A program made the translations under genes and the position numbers. Below the pieces are notes generated by a model. It was not told the DNA's origin. It did no database searches and saw only the letters and a list, made by a program, of their open reading frames with translations. A DNA stretch of 64,000 nucleotides from Octopus vulgaris (Eukaryota), in contig OX597830.1 in NCBI GenBank assembly GCA_951406725.2, positions 8,618,001 through 8,682,000 of the forward strand, in the 5' to 3' direction. Below are positions 45,544-58,877 of the stretch, one piece after another (position 1 is the first letter of the stretch; every line of letters starts with the position of its first letter).

Positions 45544-45790
45544 ATGTATGTATATGTGTGTATATATATGTATGTATATGTTTGTTGTTTATATCCCCCA
45601 CCTTTGCTTGTCAACCGATGTTGGTGTGTTTAAATCCTCGTAACTTAGCGGTTCGGCAATAAGAGACGATACCGATAGAATAAGTACTAGGCTTACAAAG
45701 AATAAGTCCTGCGGTCAATTTATTCGACTAAAGGTGGTGCTCCAGCATAGCCGCAGTCAAATGACCGAAACAGGTAAAAGAAAAAAAAAA
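45318..45790 (+). mobile_element. tRNA-derived SINE, family B, with internal (TA)n(TG)n; other copies at ~2330-2800(-), 10010-10560(-), 20110-20340, 23165-23335, 23640-23790(-), 24495-24690(-), 36880-37020, 38465-38800(-), 48750-49150
   Basis: Head GGAGTGGCTGTGTGGTAAG...GGTTCAGTCC, CORE-like ACCTTGGGCAAGTG, tail GGTGCTCCAGCATGGCCGCAGTCAAATGACTGAAACAAGTAAAAG (consensus across copies). Confidence 0.85.
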
Positions 45791-46443
45791 GAAAAGAATA
45801 TATATGTATCAACATATGAGTTTTACTTTCAAGAAAGAAAGGAAGGAAAGAAGGAGAATTTCACGTCTCAAGCGGAGCTCTTCGTCAGAAATGTAGAAAA
45901 AAGAAAAAGTCCAAAGAAGGGAAGACGGAGAAAATAAATCGCCAACGATACACACGCGGTCACATGTATGTATATGTATATATATATATGTATCCATCTA
46001 TGTATATGTGTCACGCCTACACACAGACGCACACACTAACACATACATATATTTTTTGTTTTTTTATCTCGCCTCACACACACACATACACACACGCACA
46101 CGCACACACTCACACATACACACACATCTGTTGCGTTACCAACCTTGTCTCCACTCTTTTGCCTTTAAAAACCTACTTTGCTCTTGTTATCGTAAACTTC
46201 CGCCTTTCACCATGTGTAACTCGTAAACACCAGTCGTTTTTTTCTCTATCCCTGTTGCCCGCTTTGGGATCTTTCTTTCCTCTCTCTTCCTTCTTTATGT
46301 TTCCGACGAAGAGCTCCGCTCGAAACGTCATACCCTCCTGCTTCCATTTCCTGAGCGCCTATTAATAATAATACTGTAATTGTTCCATTGTTGTTGTTTT
46401 TTTTGTTTTCCCGTTTGGATTAAAATTATATATATATATATAT

Positions 46444-46483
<40 letters not shown>

Positions 46484-46596
46484 GTATGTATACCAGAGTA
46501 AGCACATAAATACGAAACAATGTGGTAAAAATAGAACTCGAATACCAGAGGTAGAGTAATATTCTTTATTAAAAAGCAGCAAAAATATCATAAAAG

Positions 46597-46634
46597 CTGT
46601 TATTCAGAGTTTCACGTTCCCGTTCGTCGGACAG
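46597..46634 (-). ncRNA. Minimal hammerhead-like motif (CCGACGA core); related copy at 16443-16480 (+)
   Basis: CTGT-CCGACGA-ACG GGAA CGT-GAAACTCTGAATA-ACAG: stem I CTGT/ACAG, stem II capped by a GNRA loop. Confidence 0.6.
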
Positions 46635-46921
46635 TTTTAAAACTTTTTTTTGCTGCTTTTTGATAATACACATGTAAATATATATGTGTGTGTATATATA
46701 TATATATATAGGAAAAGGAAGAGTTTAGGTCACTAGTGACCTAAGCTAGTAGGTAAGCGTTCTGAGTGTTACTTTGGATAAGCTACTAGGATCCATCCAT
46801 GGTCACAATGGTGGCTGGAATTGTGGTACCCACCTTCCAATACGGAGAGAACCGGCGATCCGTAGTCAATTCATTTTTATTTTATGTTTTTGCTTAGTTC
46901 GCTTCACCATATACATATATT

Positions 46922-46967
<46 letters not shown>

Positions 46968-46990
46968 CATACATACATACATACATACAT

Positions 46991-47039
<49 letters not shown>

Positions 47040-47492
47040 CACCCGCTTATATGTGTATACGCGTGTGCATACATAAATATAGTCAACGACGTGAAGTTGT
47101 GCGGCTTAGTAGTCAGGTTACTCGACTCACGGTCATAATGTCGTGAGTTCAATTCCCACTAGTGCGTTGTCCATGAGCTTTATTTCATGTTGCTCCCAAC
47201 CGCTCAGCTGGCAAAAATGAGTTGTACTTGTATTTCAAAAGGTCTGCCTTGTCACATTCTGTGTCACACTGAATCTCCCCGAGAACTACGTTAAGGGTTC
47301 GCGTGTATGTGGAGTGCTCAGCCACTTGCACCTTAATTTCCTATGCAAAGTGTTCCATCGATCGGATCACCTGGAACGTTCGTCGTCGAAACCGACGGAG
47401 TTCCAGTTTAGTCAATAACTCAATAACTGAAAGAGAATTTTCTAGTGTTTGAAAAGCCTTACTCGGCGAAAGTTCCAAGTTACTCTCTGCAC

Positions 47493-47571
<79 letters not shown>

Positions 47572-47598
47572 GCTAGCTAGCTAGCTATCCATCCATCC

Positions 47599-47720
<122 letters not shown>

Positions 47721-47727
47721 TTATCTA

Positions 47728-47794
<67 letters not shown>

Positions 47795-47801
47795 CTCCAT
47801 C

Positions 47802-47832
<31 letters not shown>

Positions 47833-48890
47833 GTATTTTGTGCGTGTAAGCATGTGTGTTTGTGTGTGTGTGTAAAAAAGGGGTCACGTCCCTTCGGCAC
47901 CAACATTGCTATTTTTACTGGAGAAGGATTAACTAGTTGTCATATAATCTGCTCTTTTACGTAAGGATTAACTGTCATATAATTCATAATAATCTTCCCT
48001 CACATCATCGTTTAACATTTCAATTAATTCACTTGCCCCCATTACTAATTAATTAATATCATAATCGCACACTGTTATTGCTGTCATTTAAGAGAAATCC
48101 ATTTTAGGGTCGTCTGCTAGTACAACACACGCACACACACTCACGCGTAGACACATAGACACAGACACACACACACACATACACACACAATTACACATGC
48201 ACGCATACACACAAATAGACACACACACTCGCGTGTAGACACATAGACACGCACACACATGCAAACACACACACACATACACACACATGCACCCACACAC
48301 ATACACATGCACGCATACACACACAGACACACGTACACACCCACACACACACTCGCGCGTAGACACATAGACACACACATACACACGCACGCATACACAC
48401 ACACATACACGCGCGGGGACACATAGACACACGCACACACGTAAACACACACATACATACACACACGCATTTATATATGTCCATAGAAATCCCTTATGTT
48501 ATTACCATTTCAAATTCTTGCCAGGTTTTCTTCTACCCGAAAATTAATCGAGACTTACGTTCATATTCCAGCTCCGGCATTCGATCCTCGGAAAATAGGA
48601 AAAGTTGTTAAAATAGTTAAAGCTACCGTTTTCAATTCGGTTTTCGTGTCTACCATAACTTATGGTAATGAGTGTTCGATCATGTATTGTATGGATGTCC
48701 TAAGAGCAAACGAAACTGCTAAGCTCAAACGCTTTGAAACAAAGTGGTAAATAGCTTGTTTACCAACCACATGGTTCCGGATTCAGTTCCACTGCATGGC
48801 ACCTTGGGCAAGTGTCTTCTACTATAGCCTACTAAGGCTGACCAAATCTTGTGAGTGGATTTGGTAGACGGAAACTGAAAGAAGCCCGTC

Positions 48891-48965
<75 letters not shown>

Positions 48966-51330
48966 TCCCAGCAACATCGCTTGACAACCGATGCTGGCGT
49001 GTTTACGTCCCCGTAACTTAGCTGTTCGGCAAAAGAGACCGATAGAATAAATACTAGGCTTCCAAAGAATAAGTCCTGGGATCGATTTGCTCGACTAAAG
49101 GAGGTGCTCCAGCCTGGCCACAGTCAAATGACTGAAACAAGTAAAAGAGTGTAAGGGGGAGAGTAAGGTGTTTCCGAAGAGTATTGAGGATCAGCTGGTA
49201 AGAACATTGACAAAATGAGTCATGACTTGAGGAAATGAGAAGAGAAATAAAAGTTTTAGGCAACTGTTAAGAAGAGAAAAACCCGCAGTATTTTGAGCCT
49301 GTCATTAGGGCCCAAAACCTCAGCGCTCACATTCAAGAAGAAAGAGCTAATCGGAAGTGAGGATGTGGGGTGGGTGGGTTCTTGGGTCGGGTGATAGACT
49401 GAGAAAATGATGACCGGAGGAGACCAAAGAATGGGCCTGACGACGTCAGATTGAATGCGCAATGATGGGCAGAAGGTAGGTATCGATGGAGAGAGATGGT
49501 GTATACGTTCAAACTCCACGCTCGTCGGCAATAAAGATGAGATTCCTCACCACCACCACCACCACCACCACCTTATGAAACGAAGAGGTGATCACAGCTG
49601 GATCCTTTTGATCATTTATCTGCTCGATCAGAGCAGATAAATGATGTTAAATAACAACAACAACAATAATCGTATTATGGAGAAAAAGAATTTTGAATAA
49701 GAAAATTTCCTTCTGTTTTTATTTATGATTTAGATTTGACAAAAATAATATCATTAATTATTGTCCATTTTTTTCTCGCTGAAGCTAACTGCACAAACCA
49801 TTTGCATTGTCGTCCCACTTCTAAGGCGGCGAGCTGGCAGAATCGTTAGCATGCCGGACGAAATGCTTAGCAGTATTTCATCTGCCGCTACGTTCTGAGT
49901 TCAAATTCCGCCGAGGTCGACTTTGCCTTTCATCCTTTCGGAGTCGATAAATTAAGAACTAGTTACACACTGGGGTCGATATAATCGACTTAATCCGTTT
50001 GTCTGTCCTTGTTTGTCCCCTTTGTGTTTAACCCCTCTGTATTTGTCCTCTCTGTGCTTAGTAAAAAAATAGGTATTTCTTCTGTTTTTACGTTATGAGT
50101 TCAAATTCCACCGAGGTCGACTTTGCCTGTCATCCTTTCAGGGTCGATAAATTAAGTACAAGCTACGTACTGGGGTCGATCTAATCGACTGACCCCCTCC
50201 ACTAAAATTTCGCGCCCTGTACCTAGAGTAAAAAAGATTATTGTCCCACTTGTGCTAGACTGGTACTTAATTTATCGACCCCGAAAGGATGAAAGGCAAA
50301 GTCGACCTCGGCAGCATTTCAACTCAGAACGTAAAGTCGGATGAAACGCTACTCAGCATTTTGTCCGGCGATTAACGATTCTGACAGCTCACCGTCTTAC
50401 GTTTCAATTAAATTTCAGAGATAATTACAATCTACACCCAACTTTTAATTTTGTCCGTCTGACTATAAAATGTCGAGAATTTTCATATTATGGTTTTCAG
50501 ATTATAATTAGAATGCTAGGCTCACAATCATAAGGTCGTGGGTTCGATTCCTAAATATGGGGCGCGTCGTCTCTGAGAAAAAACAGTCCATTTCCCGTTA
50601 CTCCATTTTCTCTACTGAAAACGAATACCAGGAGACCTATAGTTTCTCCAAGCCCTCAACTGGCCACTAGATTGGCTAGAAACATCAGCTAAACCTCCTT
50701 CAAATTGATATACCACATTGTTTGAAGTATTTGTATTTTTTTTTAAGAAGAGAAACATTGGATAGTGTTAGCCAAGATAGATTATGTCTAATAAAAGGTA
50801 GGGGTTGTCATGGTTGGAAACCATATGATTGTAATAGGTGGCTCGATCGAATGGTTGAGGGTATAAGTTTGGGGTGGGTAAATATCACTCCCTGCTGTAC
50901 AGCATGAATACAACAGCAACCCATCACCACCACCACTACAACCACCACAACCACCACAACCACCACCACCACCACAACGACCACCACCAACAACAACAGC
51001 AACAACTACAAGTATGTTGTAAATATAATACACTCATTTGACCCGTCCCCGCCACGCACAACCACCAACCACCATCAACACCACCACCATCACCACCGCC
51101 GCCACCATCATCGCTGTCGATGTTGAAAATGCAAGCCACCCCTACCCCACCCCACGAATCCCCCCCACGCCCCTACGTCACCAAATGTAATACTCCAACC
51201 GATGTAAGAAATAAATCATTATTTATTTATTTACATTTCTGATTTGACTTTTATTCATTTTTATTACTTCCTAATTTGATGTTCCCTCTGACCTCAATTC
51301 CCTACCACACTCCTTTCACCCTCTACACAC

Positions 51331-51378
<48 letters not shown>

Positions 51379-51445
51379 TTGTATGTATGTATAGGTGGGT
51401 GGAGCAGTGTGCGCGCTTAAACAGTGCTGAATGACGGGTACAGCA

Positions 51446-51462
51446 GTGCTGCCATCTGTTGG
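51446..51462 (-). promoter_or_regulatory. Candidate CTCF site in a non-repetitive island
   Basis: CCAACAGATGGCAGCAC resembles the CTCF core consensus; motif match only. Confidence 0.4.
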
Positions 51463-52380
51463 GGATATATTGAGTTACACGCGCCTCGCTTTAAGCAGTG
51501 AAGGCGCCATTGCCAAAACGAAAATGTGATGACGATGGACGGTGGTAGTGACAGAGGGGGTGCGTGTTTGGGGGTGCGTGCAGGTGTGGTGGTGGTGGTG
51601 GTGGCGTTAGTGGTAGTAGTAGTGGTAGTGGTGGTGGTGCTTTCGTTATTATAAGTGGTAATTAATGAGAGTGGGCGGTGGCAGAGAGGGGTAGTGATAG
51701 GGGGTAGTCATGGCGTTTAGTTAGGTTGTAATGTTGGTAATATTGTTGTTGTTGCTGTTGTTGTTGTTACTGATAACTGGTTAAATAGAAAGGGTACAAT
51801 GGTACGGTGTGTTCTTTAACCCTAGGTCAGATCCGATTGAGAAGACTTGTGATCAAAAACATTCCTGTCGTGACCATCATGTCTTTATTCCCAGTGCGCA
51901 AGAAATTCAAGTCTACAAATATCCAGCGTGTTCCGTAATACGGCTGGGTGAAATTTCAGGAAAGATTGACTGCTATTTCTAGTGGTGTTGTCAGATGTGT
52001 TTGTTTAATTAATGATTTAATTAATGGTAATTGAAGGATGAATAAAATATAGAACAAAACAACAACAAAAAAAAACATTTAAAAACTAAGCAAATGAAAT
52101 GAATGGAAAAAATAACAGAAAAAGTCAAAGATGGGGCGAGGAAGGAAGGGGAGAAGAAAGAGGAGGAAAGAAAGAAAAAGAATGATTGAAAGAAAGCAAC
52201 ATATGTGTGTGTGAATGAGCTGTAAACACATACAAACGTATATTAGTACTTACTCACACACACACACACACACCCACACATACACACGCATAATACGGGC
52301 ACAACTTTATTCAAAAGTGGCAAACATTAATCAATGATAGACATGCATATGTATATATGTATGCATATACACACACATAC

Positions 52381-52430
<50 letters not shown>

Positions 52431-52471
52431 CGGAAGCTTTATGAAAATAAACAAAAGACGAAGGCAGGTGG

Positions 52472-52502
<31 letters not shown>

Positions 52503-52580
52503 CATATATATGTATATATATATATAAACACATGTATGTACATACAACATTTATATATATACATATATACGTTCATATAC

Positions 52581-52612
<32 letters not shown>

Positions 52613-52796
52613 GTTTGCATATATTCACACACACACACATATATATATGAATATATGCACATATATATACACACACACACACACACAAATATATAGATAG
52701 ATAGATATGCACATATATATAGGGAAAAAGAGAAAGAGAGATAGATAGACAGACAGATAGATAGATAGATAGATAAATTGAGAGATAGACAGGCAG

Positions 52797-52919
<123 letters not shown>

Positions 52920-52929
52920 CAGATGGACG

Positions 52930-52985
<56 letters not shown>

Positions 52986-53024
52986 TAGATAGATAGATAA
53001 ATTGAGAGATAGACAGGCAGACAA

Positions 53025-53101
<77 letters not shown>

Positions 53102-53290
53102 ACTTTCTTTTATTAGCCACACAGGGCTGAATACAGAGGGGACAAATACAAATGCAGATAGATAGACAGATGTAAACATTGATATAACAAGATTGGGTTC
53201 ATCCGTGGGAAGAAAAGCCTACAGAAAAGACCACGGGAACCCCAGTCAGGGAGGAAATAAACACATGAGGATGCTCTCTTTCTTTCTTTT

Positions 53291-56200
53291 TTACGATAGA
53301 TAGATAGATGCAACATTCACCCATCTTTTATTGAATCTTTCGCGAGACAAAACTTCCCTCTCCATTCTCACCTTCCTTTTCAAGTGGTACTTGAAAAAGT
53401 TGATGAGCGAATGGCCAGAGAGGTAAGTGTTTGTCTCTAATCCTTTCGCTCGAGTCCACCACACACATTCTTTCACCATGGCCACCAGTACGATGAAAAC
53501 TGCCTTGCCTTCCCGGTTGAGGGAAGGGGGCGGAGCAATTCTCACGATAGACTCGGCCGATAGGCGGATTCGTCCCACACGTGACAGCAGCCGTTCGGCA
53601 TAAGCCCACAGGTCGGAAATGGTTGGACATTGCACGAGTGCGTGCAGAACGGTTTCGTCGCTCTGACCGCATCTCGGGCAAGTCGGTCCAGTGTGTCTGG
53701 AACCGTGTCTGTAGAGCTTATCCCGAACAGGTAATGCTTCTCGATAGCACTGCCAGGCCAGGGATCTTTGGTGATTGTTCATAGGTCCCGGCCCGAAAGT
53801 TGTCCTGAACAGGCGGGTCAGGTGTTCCTCGTCGACGCCCAGACTCTGCCCGAGTTCGTCGTCGCACCTCCCCTCCACTAATCCTCTATAGAATGCCTTT
53901 GTTGTGATGGAGTCGCACAAGTTCGATCCCGGACGGCAGAGTTGCTTGAGAGCAACGCGACACTCACGGTGCCATTCGCCTAGCCTCGGTCTCTGCTTGA
54001 TCCATGACTGTAGTTCGTCCAAGGAGACGAGCTGCGGGAAAGCGCGCCGCACAAAAGGCGACCACCCCTGTTCACCGTTGTCTATGAAGCGCCGGAGATG
54101 TCGCAGTCTCAGCGCATGTCTGCGCATCATCAACCACGGCATGCCCAGCCCTCCATTTAGCGGGTGTTGGCAGCAAATGGATCGCCTGACCATCGGAACG
54201 TTTCCCTTCCACAAGAAGCGGAAGAGTATGCGTTCCAGTTTGGTGATGGTAGGGTCGGGACAAGGCACGACGGTCAGACGGTACTCGATGACGGATGCGA
54301 TGTACGCGTTCGCCACCTCCGCCCGACCTTTTAGGGATAGCTTTCTCTCAGTCCATTTCTGGGTGAGAGTAGCCACCCTAGTCGTTATCTCGCCCCAGTT
54401 CTTCTCCATTTGGAGGTCCGGACCGAACCAGACCCCGAGCAATTTAACCGGTCCGTCCGTCCAGCGTCCCACGATGGAGACGCTGTTGGACGGCATGGGC
54501 TTGCTTCTCCAGGTGCCGAGCCGCAAGCCCACTGACTTTTCCCGGTTAATTTTTGCTCCCGTTACCGCTTCGTATTCTTTCAGTGTCTCGCCGACCAGCT
54601 CGATGTGCTCGTAGCTCGACACTATGACGGTGACGTCATCCGCGTATGCAGACACGCTCCTCCCGCATCCCAGCTCTCGTGGGATGCCCCTCAGCGTCGC
54701 CAGTTTCCGCAGTAGTGGCTCAAGAGTCAGTACATACAGCAGCGATGAGAGGGGGCATCCTTGACGAACCGAACGCATGATGTTAAAAGGTCTGGATAGA
54801 TGACCATTTACGCGAACTACTGAGCGGATGCCGCTGTATAAGGCAGCGATCCAACTGCGGAAAACTGGACCGAAACCAGCCGCTTTGAGGACAGCCTCCA
54901 AGTAGTGATGGTCTACCCTATCGAAGGCTTTTGATTGATCCAATTGATCAGCGCCCCACCCATGCCAGGATTTTTAACTACCCTGTCTATGATGTAGCGC
55001 ATCAGATGGAGGTTGTCATGAATACTTCTACCCGGCACGGCGCATGTTTGCGCCTTGTCGATTAGTTTCTTGATGACAAGCGCCAACCTCTCGGCTAACA
55101 CCTTGGCCAAAATTTTCAAATCTGCGTTGAGCAGAGTGATGGGCCTGAAATTATCTATGACGTTCCCCTTGTTTGGGTCTTTCTTGATCAGTGCCACTGC
55201 TCCTCGCTTTACAAAAGCAGGAATACTCCCGTTCTGCTGCCAGTTGCAGTAGACAGCTGCCAAGACGCCTCCAAACAAGTCTGGCATATGAAAATAAAAT
55301 TCGTAGGGCAGACCATCCAAGCCTGGTGACTTGTCTCTCGCGCAGCCTACCATCGCATCCTGTACGTCCGCAGCTGTGATAGGCTTTTCACAAGACTCCA
55401 CCTCCCTTGCTGAGAGTCGTGGCAAGGCATGCAGGTAGGCACTAAAGTCCACTCTGCTTTCTGACTCACCACTTGTCCCAAACAGTTGGGTGAAGTGTTG
55501 TTGAAAAACCCCACACATCCTTTTAGGCTCGAGTAATTCGCGCCCCTGTTCATCTATAAGAGACTTGATGGTGGCTCTGTTGCCTCGTTGCGTCTCCACC
55601 ACTCGGGCCTCTTGGGCGGCTCCAACTCCTTCGTTCCTCAGAGCACGCATCCTAGCTCTGACAACGCATCCCTCGTGTTTGGCGTTGAGGTGTTGGTCGA
55701 GGGCCAATCTCGCCGCCAGTACGTTGGACGCGATGCCAGTTCTAAGTGCCTCTTCTAAAACCTTAACTAATTCTCCCTCTACTCTATTTCGGTCTAATGC
55801 TAGGGCTCTACTGTATCTGACTGATTCTGCTTTAATCGCTTTTTTAGGGAATACCACCATCTGTTGTTGATGATGGTACCCGTCAAAGCTCTCTTAACTA
55901 ATGTGCTGATCCGGTCCCTGTAAACCTGTCGTGCTGTAAAAGACGCGTTCAGTTTCCAGTAACCAGGACCCTGCCTATGTGTCTTATCTAAGTCAAGTGT
56001 ACAAGTCACAAACTTGTGATCTGTGTAACTGACTATATGAAATTGTGGACAACCTACACTATTTTTATCTATTGTCCTACAGAATACTCTATCTAAGTAT
56101 GATCTGGACGACCCGATGCGGTTACTCCATGTCCACATTGGCACATTCGGGTGGTCCAGTCGGTACCTGTCAGACAGTTGGAAACGTCTGAGCAGGTCTT

Positions 56201-56696
56201 TGAGGCATTTGCATCCCCTTCTATTGCTATCTCTGCCCACGTAGTCTAGATGCGTGTCCAGGGTGGCATTCCAATCCCCCACTAAAAGTAAAGGACGAGA
56301 CGTTCCCATGAAAGACTCTAGACGTCGAAAGAAATCTGGTCGGCCTGTTAAGGACGGAGCATAAACTGCTATCAGTCGAAAAGCACACTCATTGCTGCCA
56401 TCGACATCCAAAACGACCAGCCTACCCTCCGGGTCTAGGAAATTTGCTCTTACTTTGAGATCCAGACTCTTCCGGATAAGCACCGCGGTGCCACCTCCGC
56501 CCATTCTCGGTAGACACGGAGAAAAATAAATGTTGAAATGTGTACCGAAAATGTGCTGGAGTGCCCGCAAGCTGTGGAGTCTGGTCTCACTGATGGCTAT
56601 GATATTCAGATTTAGTGACTTGATGTCATTTAACAGGTAGCCTTGTTTCCAAGGCGACCCCAAGCCACGTACATTTATACTACCTATTCTGAGCAT
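53291..56696 (-). CDS. LINE ORF2 (AP endonuclease, reverse transcriptase, zf-RVT-like finger), split by two single-base frameshifts
   Basis: MLRIGSINVRG, ISET, VYAP, GDWN, YLDR, TDH (APE); KSPGLDG, FRPITLLNADLKI, DQSKAFDRV, RQGCPLS, YADD (RT); CPRC...HALVQC. Frameshifts at ~55845 and ~54943, each a missing base in a homopolymer. Confidence 0.92.
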
Positions 56697-56738
56697 GTTC
56701 CGATAAAAGTGCAAAAAAGGAAAAGGAGAGAGAAAAGG

Positions 56739-58877
56739 TTACTTGTTTTCCGAAAGTTCTTTGTCTTTCACCTCACGGTCTTCTTCTATGAGGCTTTTAT
56801 ACAGTTTTTTTGATGAGTACTTTTGAAATCTCCCTACTGCATCAGGGTAAAGAGATTTCAGGGTGCTGTATGTGTTCTGTGTCACGTGTATTATTTTAAT
56901 GTGTTGTGGTGGTGTTGTGTGTGGGTGGTTACTTGTTTTTATGTCGTTTTCAGTAATGTTAGTGTTTGACCTAATGTGTTCCATTAGGTCGTGGTTGTTT
57001 GTGTTTATGGCTGTCAACATTTTTGGGGGGTTTGATGATGGTGTGTTTGTGTTGATGTGTGTGTTTTCTGTGGATGTTTTTGTTTCGGGAGTGGTGTATC
57101 TTCCCGCTTTGTTTGTTATTTTTTCTTTTCTTTTTTTCCCCTTTTTCTTCTCCCCCCTGTGGCTATTTGCCAATCTTCCGTGTCTTCTTCGTCTAATGAC
57201 AGATCAGACGAATCGGAGTCTGGAAGAGGGAAAGTATTGGGGTCTATTGTCGACTGTGTTGGTTTTGTTGTTGGTGTTGGTTGGTGAGCGTTTGGTTGTG
57301 GTGTGTGCGGTTTTGGATGTGGGGTTTGGGTATTTTGTGTTTGAGTGATTGTGGGTATTGTTGTGTTGTTTAGGGTCTCAATTTTGTGGGGATTTGGAGT
57401 TGTAATTGTTTCTTCATTTATGCTGGGTGTCTTTTTGGCAGATGTCCTTGGTTTGGGAGTTGGTATATTCTTGGTTGTTGTTGTTGGTGATGCTGCTTCT
57501 GTTCTTGGTGCTGCAGTTGGTGTGGTTGTTTGTTTGGTGAGGTTTGTTCCTGCAAAAAGTGGTGTGGGTAGTAGACCTTGTTTATTTGTTTTTGTTTCCG
57601 GCTGCTGTTGTTTTCTTGCGGCAGATTTGCAGTCTTTTTTGAGATGTTGCTCACTGCCGCATATGTAGCAACGTGGTCTTCTGCCATCGACGACCACATA
57701 TAACTTGTGGTCGTCTGATACACATATCTGGGTGGGTATTTTTTTTATATCTTCATGATGTATATGTAGAAGAAATTCTATTTTCTTTCCCACCCAGTTT
57801 TTATGCTCTGTGACTGTGGTTTCCAAAATAGTATAATTCGCCATTTTTATGCATAAAGCCTTTACAAGCCATAGACTATTGGCTATTTTGGGGACATTGT
57901 TTAGAGTGATTCTTAGTCACTTTCTGTCCCCGATAGCTTGGTGTAAGTTGGAGTTCATCTGAGTGAAGAGTTAGCGTTGAGAAATGTCTAGCTAACTCTT
58001 CGGTGTAGAAAACGACTTGTATGTGGGCAAATTTGTTCCACCAGGTTACATATTCTTTGTGATCCCAGATGGGTTTCAGGCACTTCTCTATTTTGCCTGT
58101 GTTGGCCTTCTCTGGGATTTTTGTTTTTTTGTTAACTATTTTATAAATGATTGTTCGTCTTTTTTCATTTTCCAAAATATCTTCTGGTATGTTAATTTTT
58201 ACGATACCTTCTGATTCTGTTATTTTGATGTTCGTGTCCTGTAATTGTTGAGCCGTAAAGTATATTGTTGTTTTTTTTTCTTTAATCGCCTCAGCGAAAT
58301 TTGTTGTTGTTTTGTTATTGTTGTTGCTTGTGGTGATGTTGTTGGCTGCAGTTTGTAAAATTGGTGTGTTAGGTTCGATCGTGCAAGTAGGAAGGGGTGG
58401 AAAATTGCCTGCGTACTTTAGTCCTGCACTAGGGCAGAATTCGACATTTCGTTTGCTTGTCGTCGTTATTTTTTCACTTGTTGGTGATGGAGTGAGCAGT
58501 GGTTGAAGGGAATTGTTGTTGTCGTCGTTGTTGTTGTTGTTATTGTCGTTCTTGGTGACGGCTGTGGTGTTGGTAGTATTTGTAGCATTGACGGCACGGT
58601 CTTTGGTGGCGGTGATGGTGATGTTGGTGTTGTTATTGGTGGCAATATCTTTAGTAGGGATAGCAGTTTTAGTAGCAGATTCTGCCATGGTGTTGGTGGT
58701 GGTGGTGGACTCACTGATGGTGTTGACGGTGCTTGGCCTTGCGACCTTTGTTTTGTATTTGTTGCTGTTGGTGGTGGTGGAGTTGTCAGGTTCGGCGTAT
58801 GCTAACAGAGCATCCTGTTTTTCTGTTTCTCCGTCACGCTTGACTTGCAACTCAGCCTCGTGGTGGTCAGTGGCCAT
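56739..58877 (-). CDS. LINE ORF1 (nucleic-acid-binding protein with CCHC zinc knuckle and Thr/Asn/Pro-rich low-complexity regions), two frameshifts
   Basis: Three consecutive ORF pieces (57876-58877, 57116-57844, 56739-57173) join with +/-1 shifts; motif CYICGSEQHLKKDC; lies directly upstream of ORF2. Confidence 0.8.

Noticed and set aside
48530-49540. Weak LINE-like peptides (VFNSVFVSTITYGNE; PVIIFSVYHPT)
   Set aside because: Too short and decayed to assign a family without a search.
53904-54614. 236-aa plus-strand ORF and other ORFs antisense to the LINE
   Set aside because: Shadow ORFs of the GC-rich RT coding strand.
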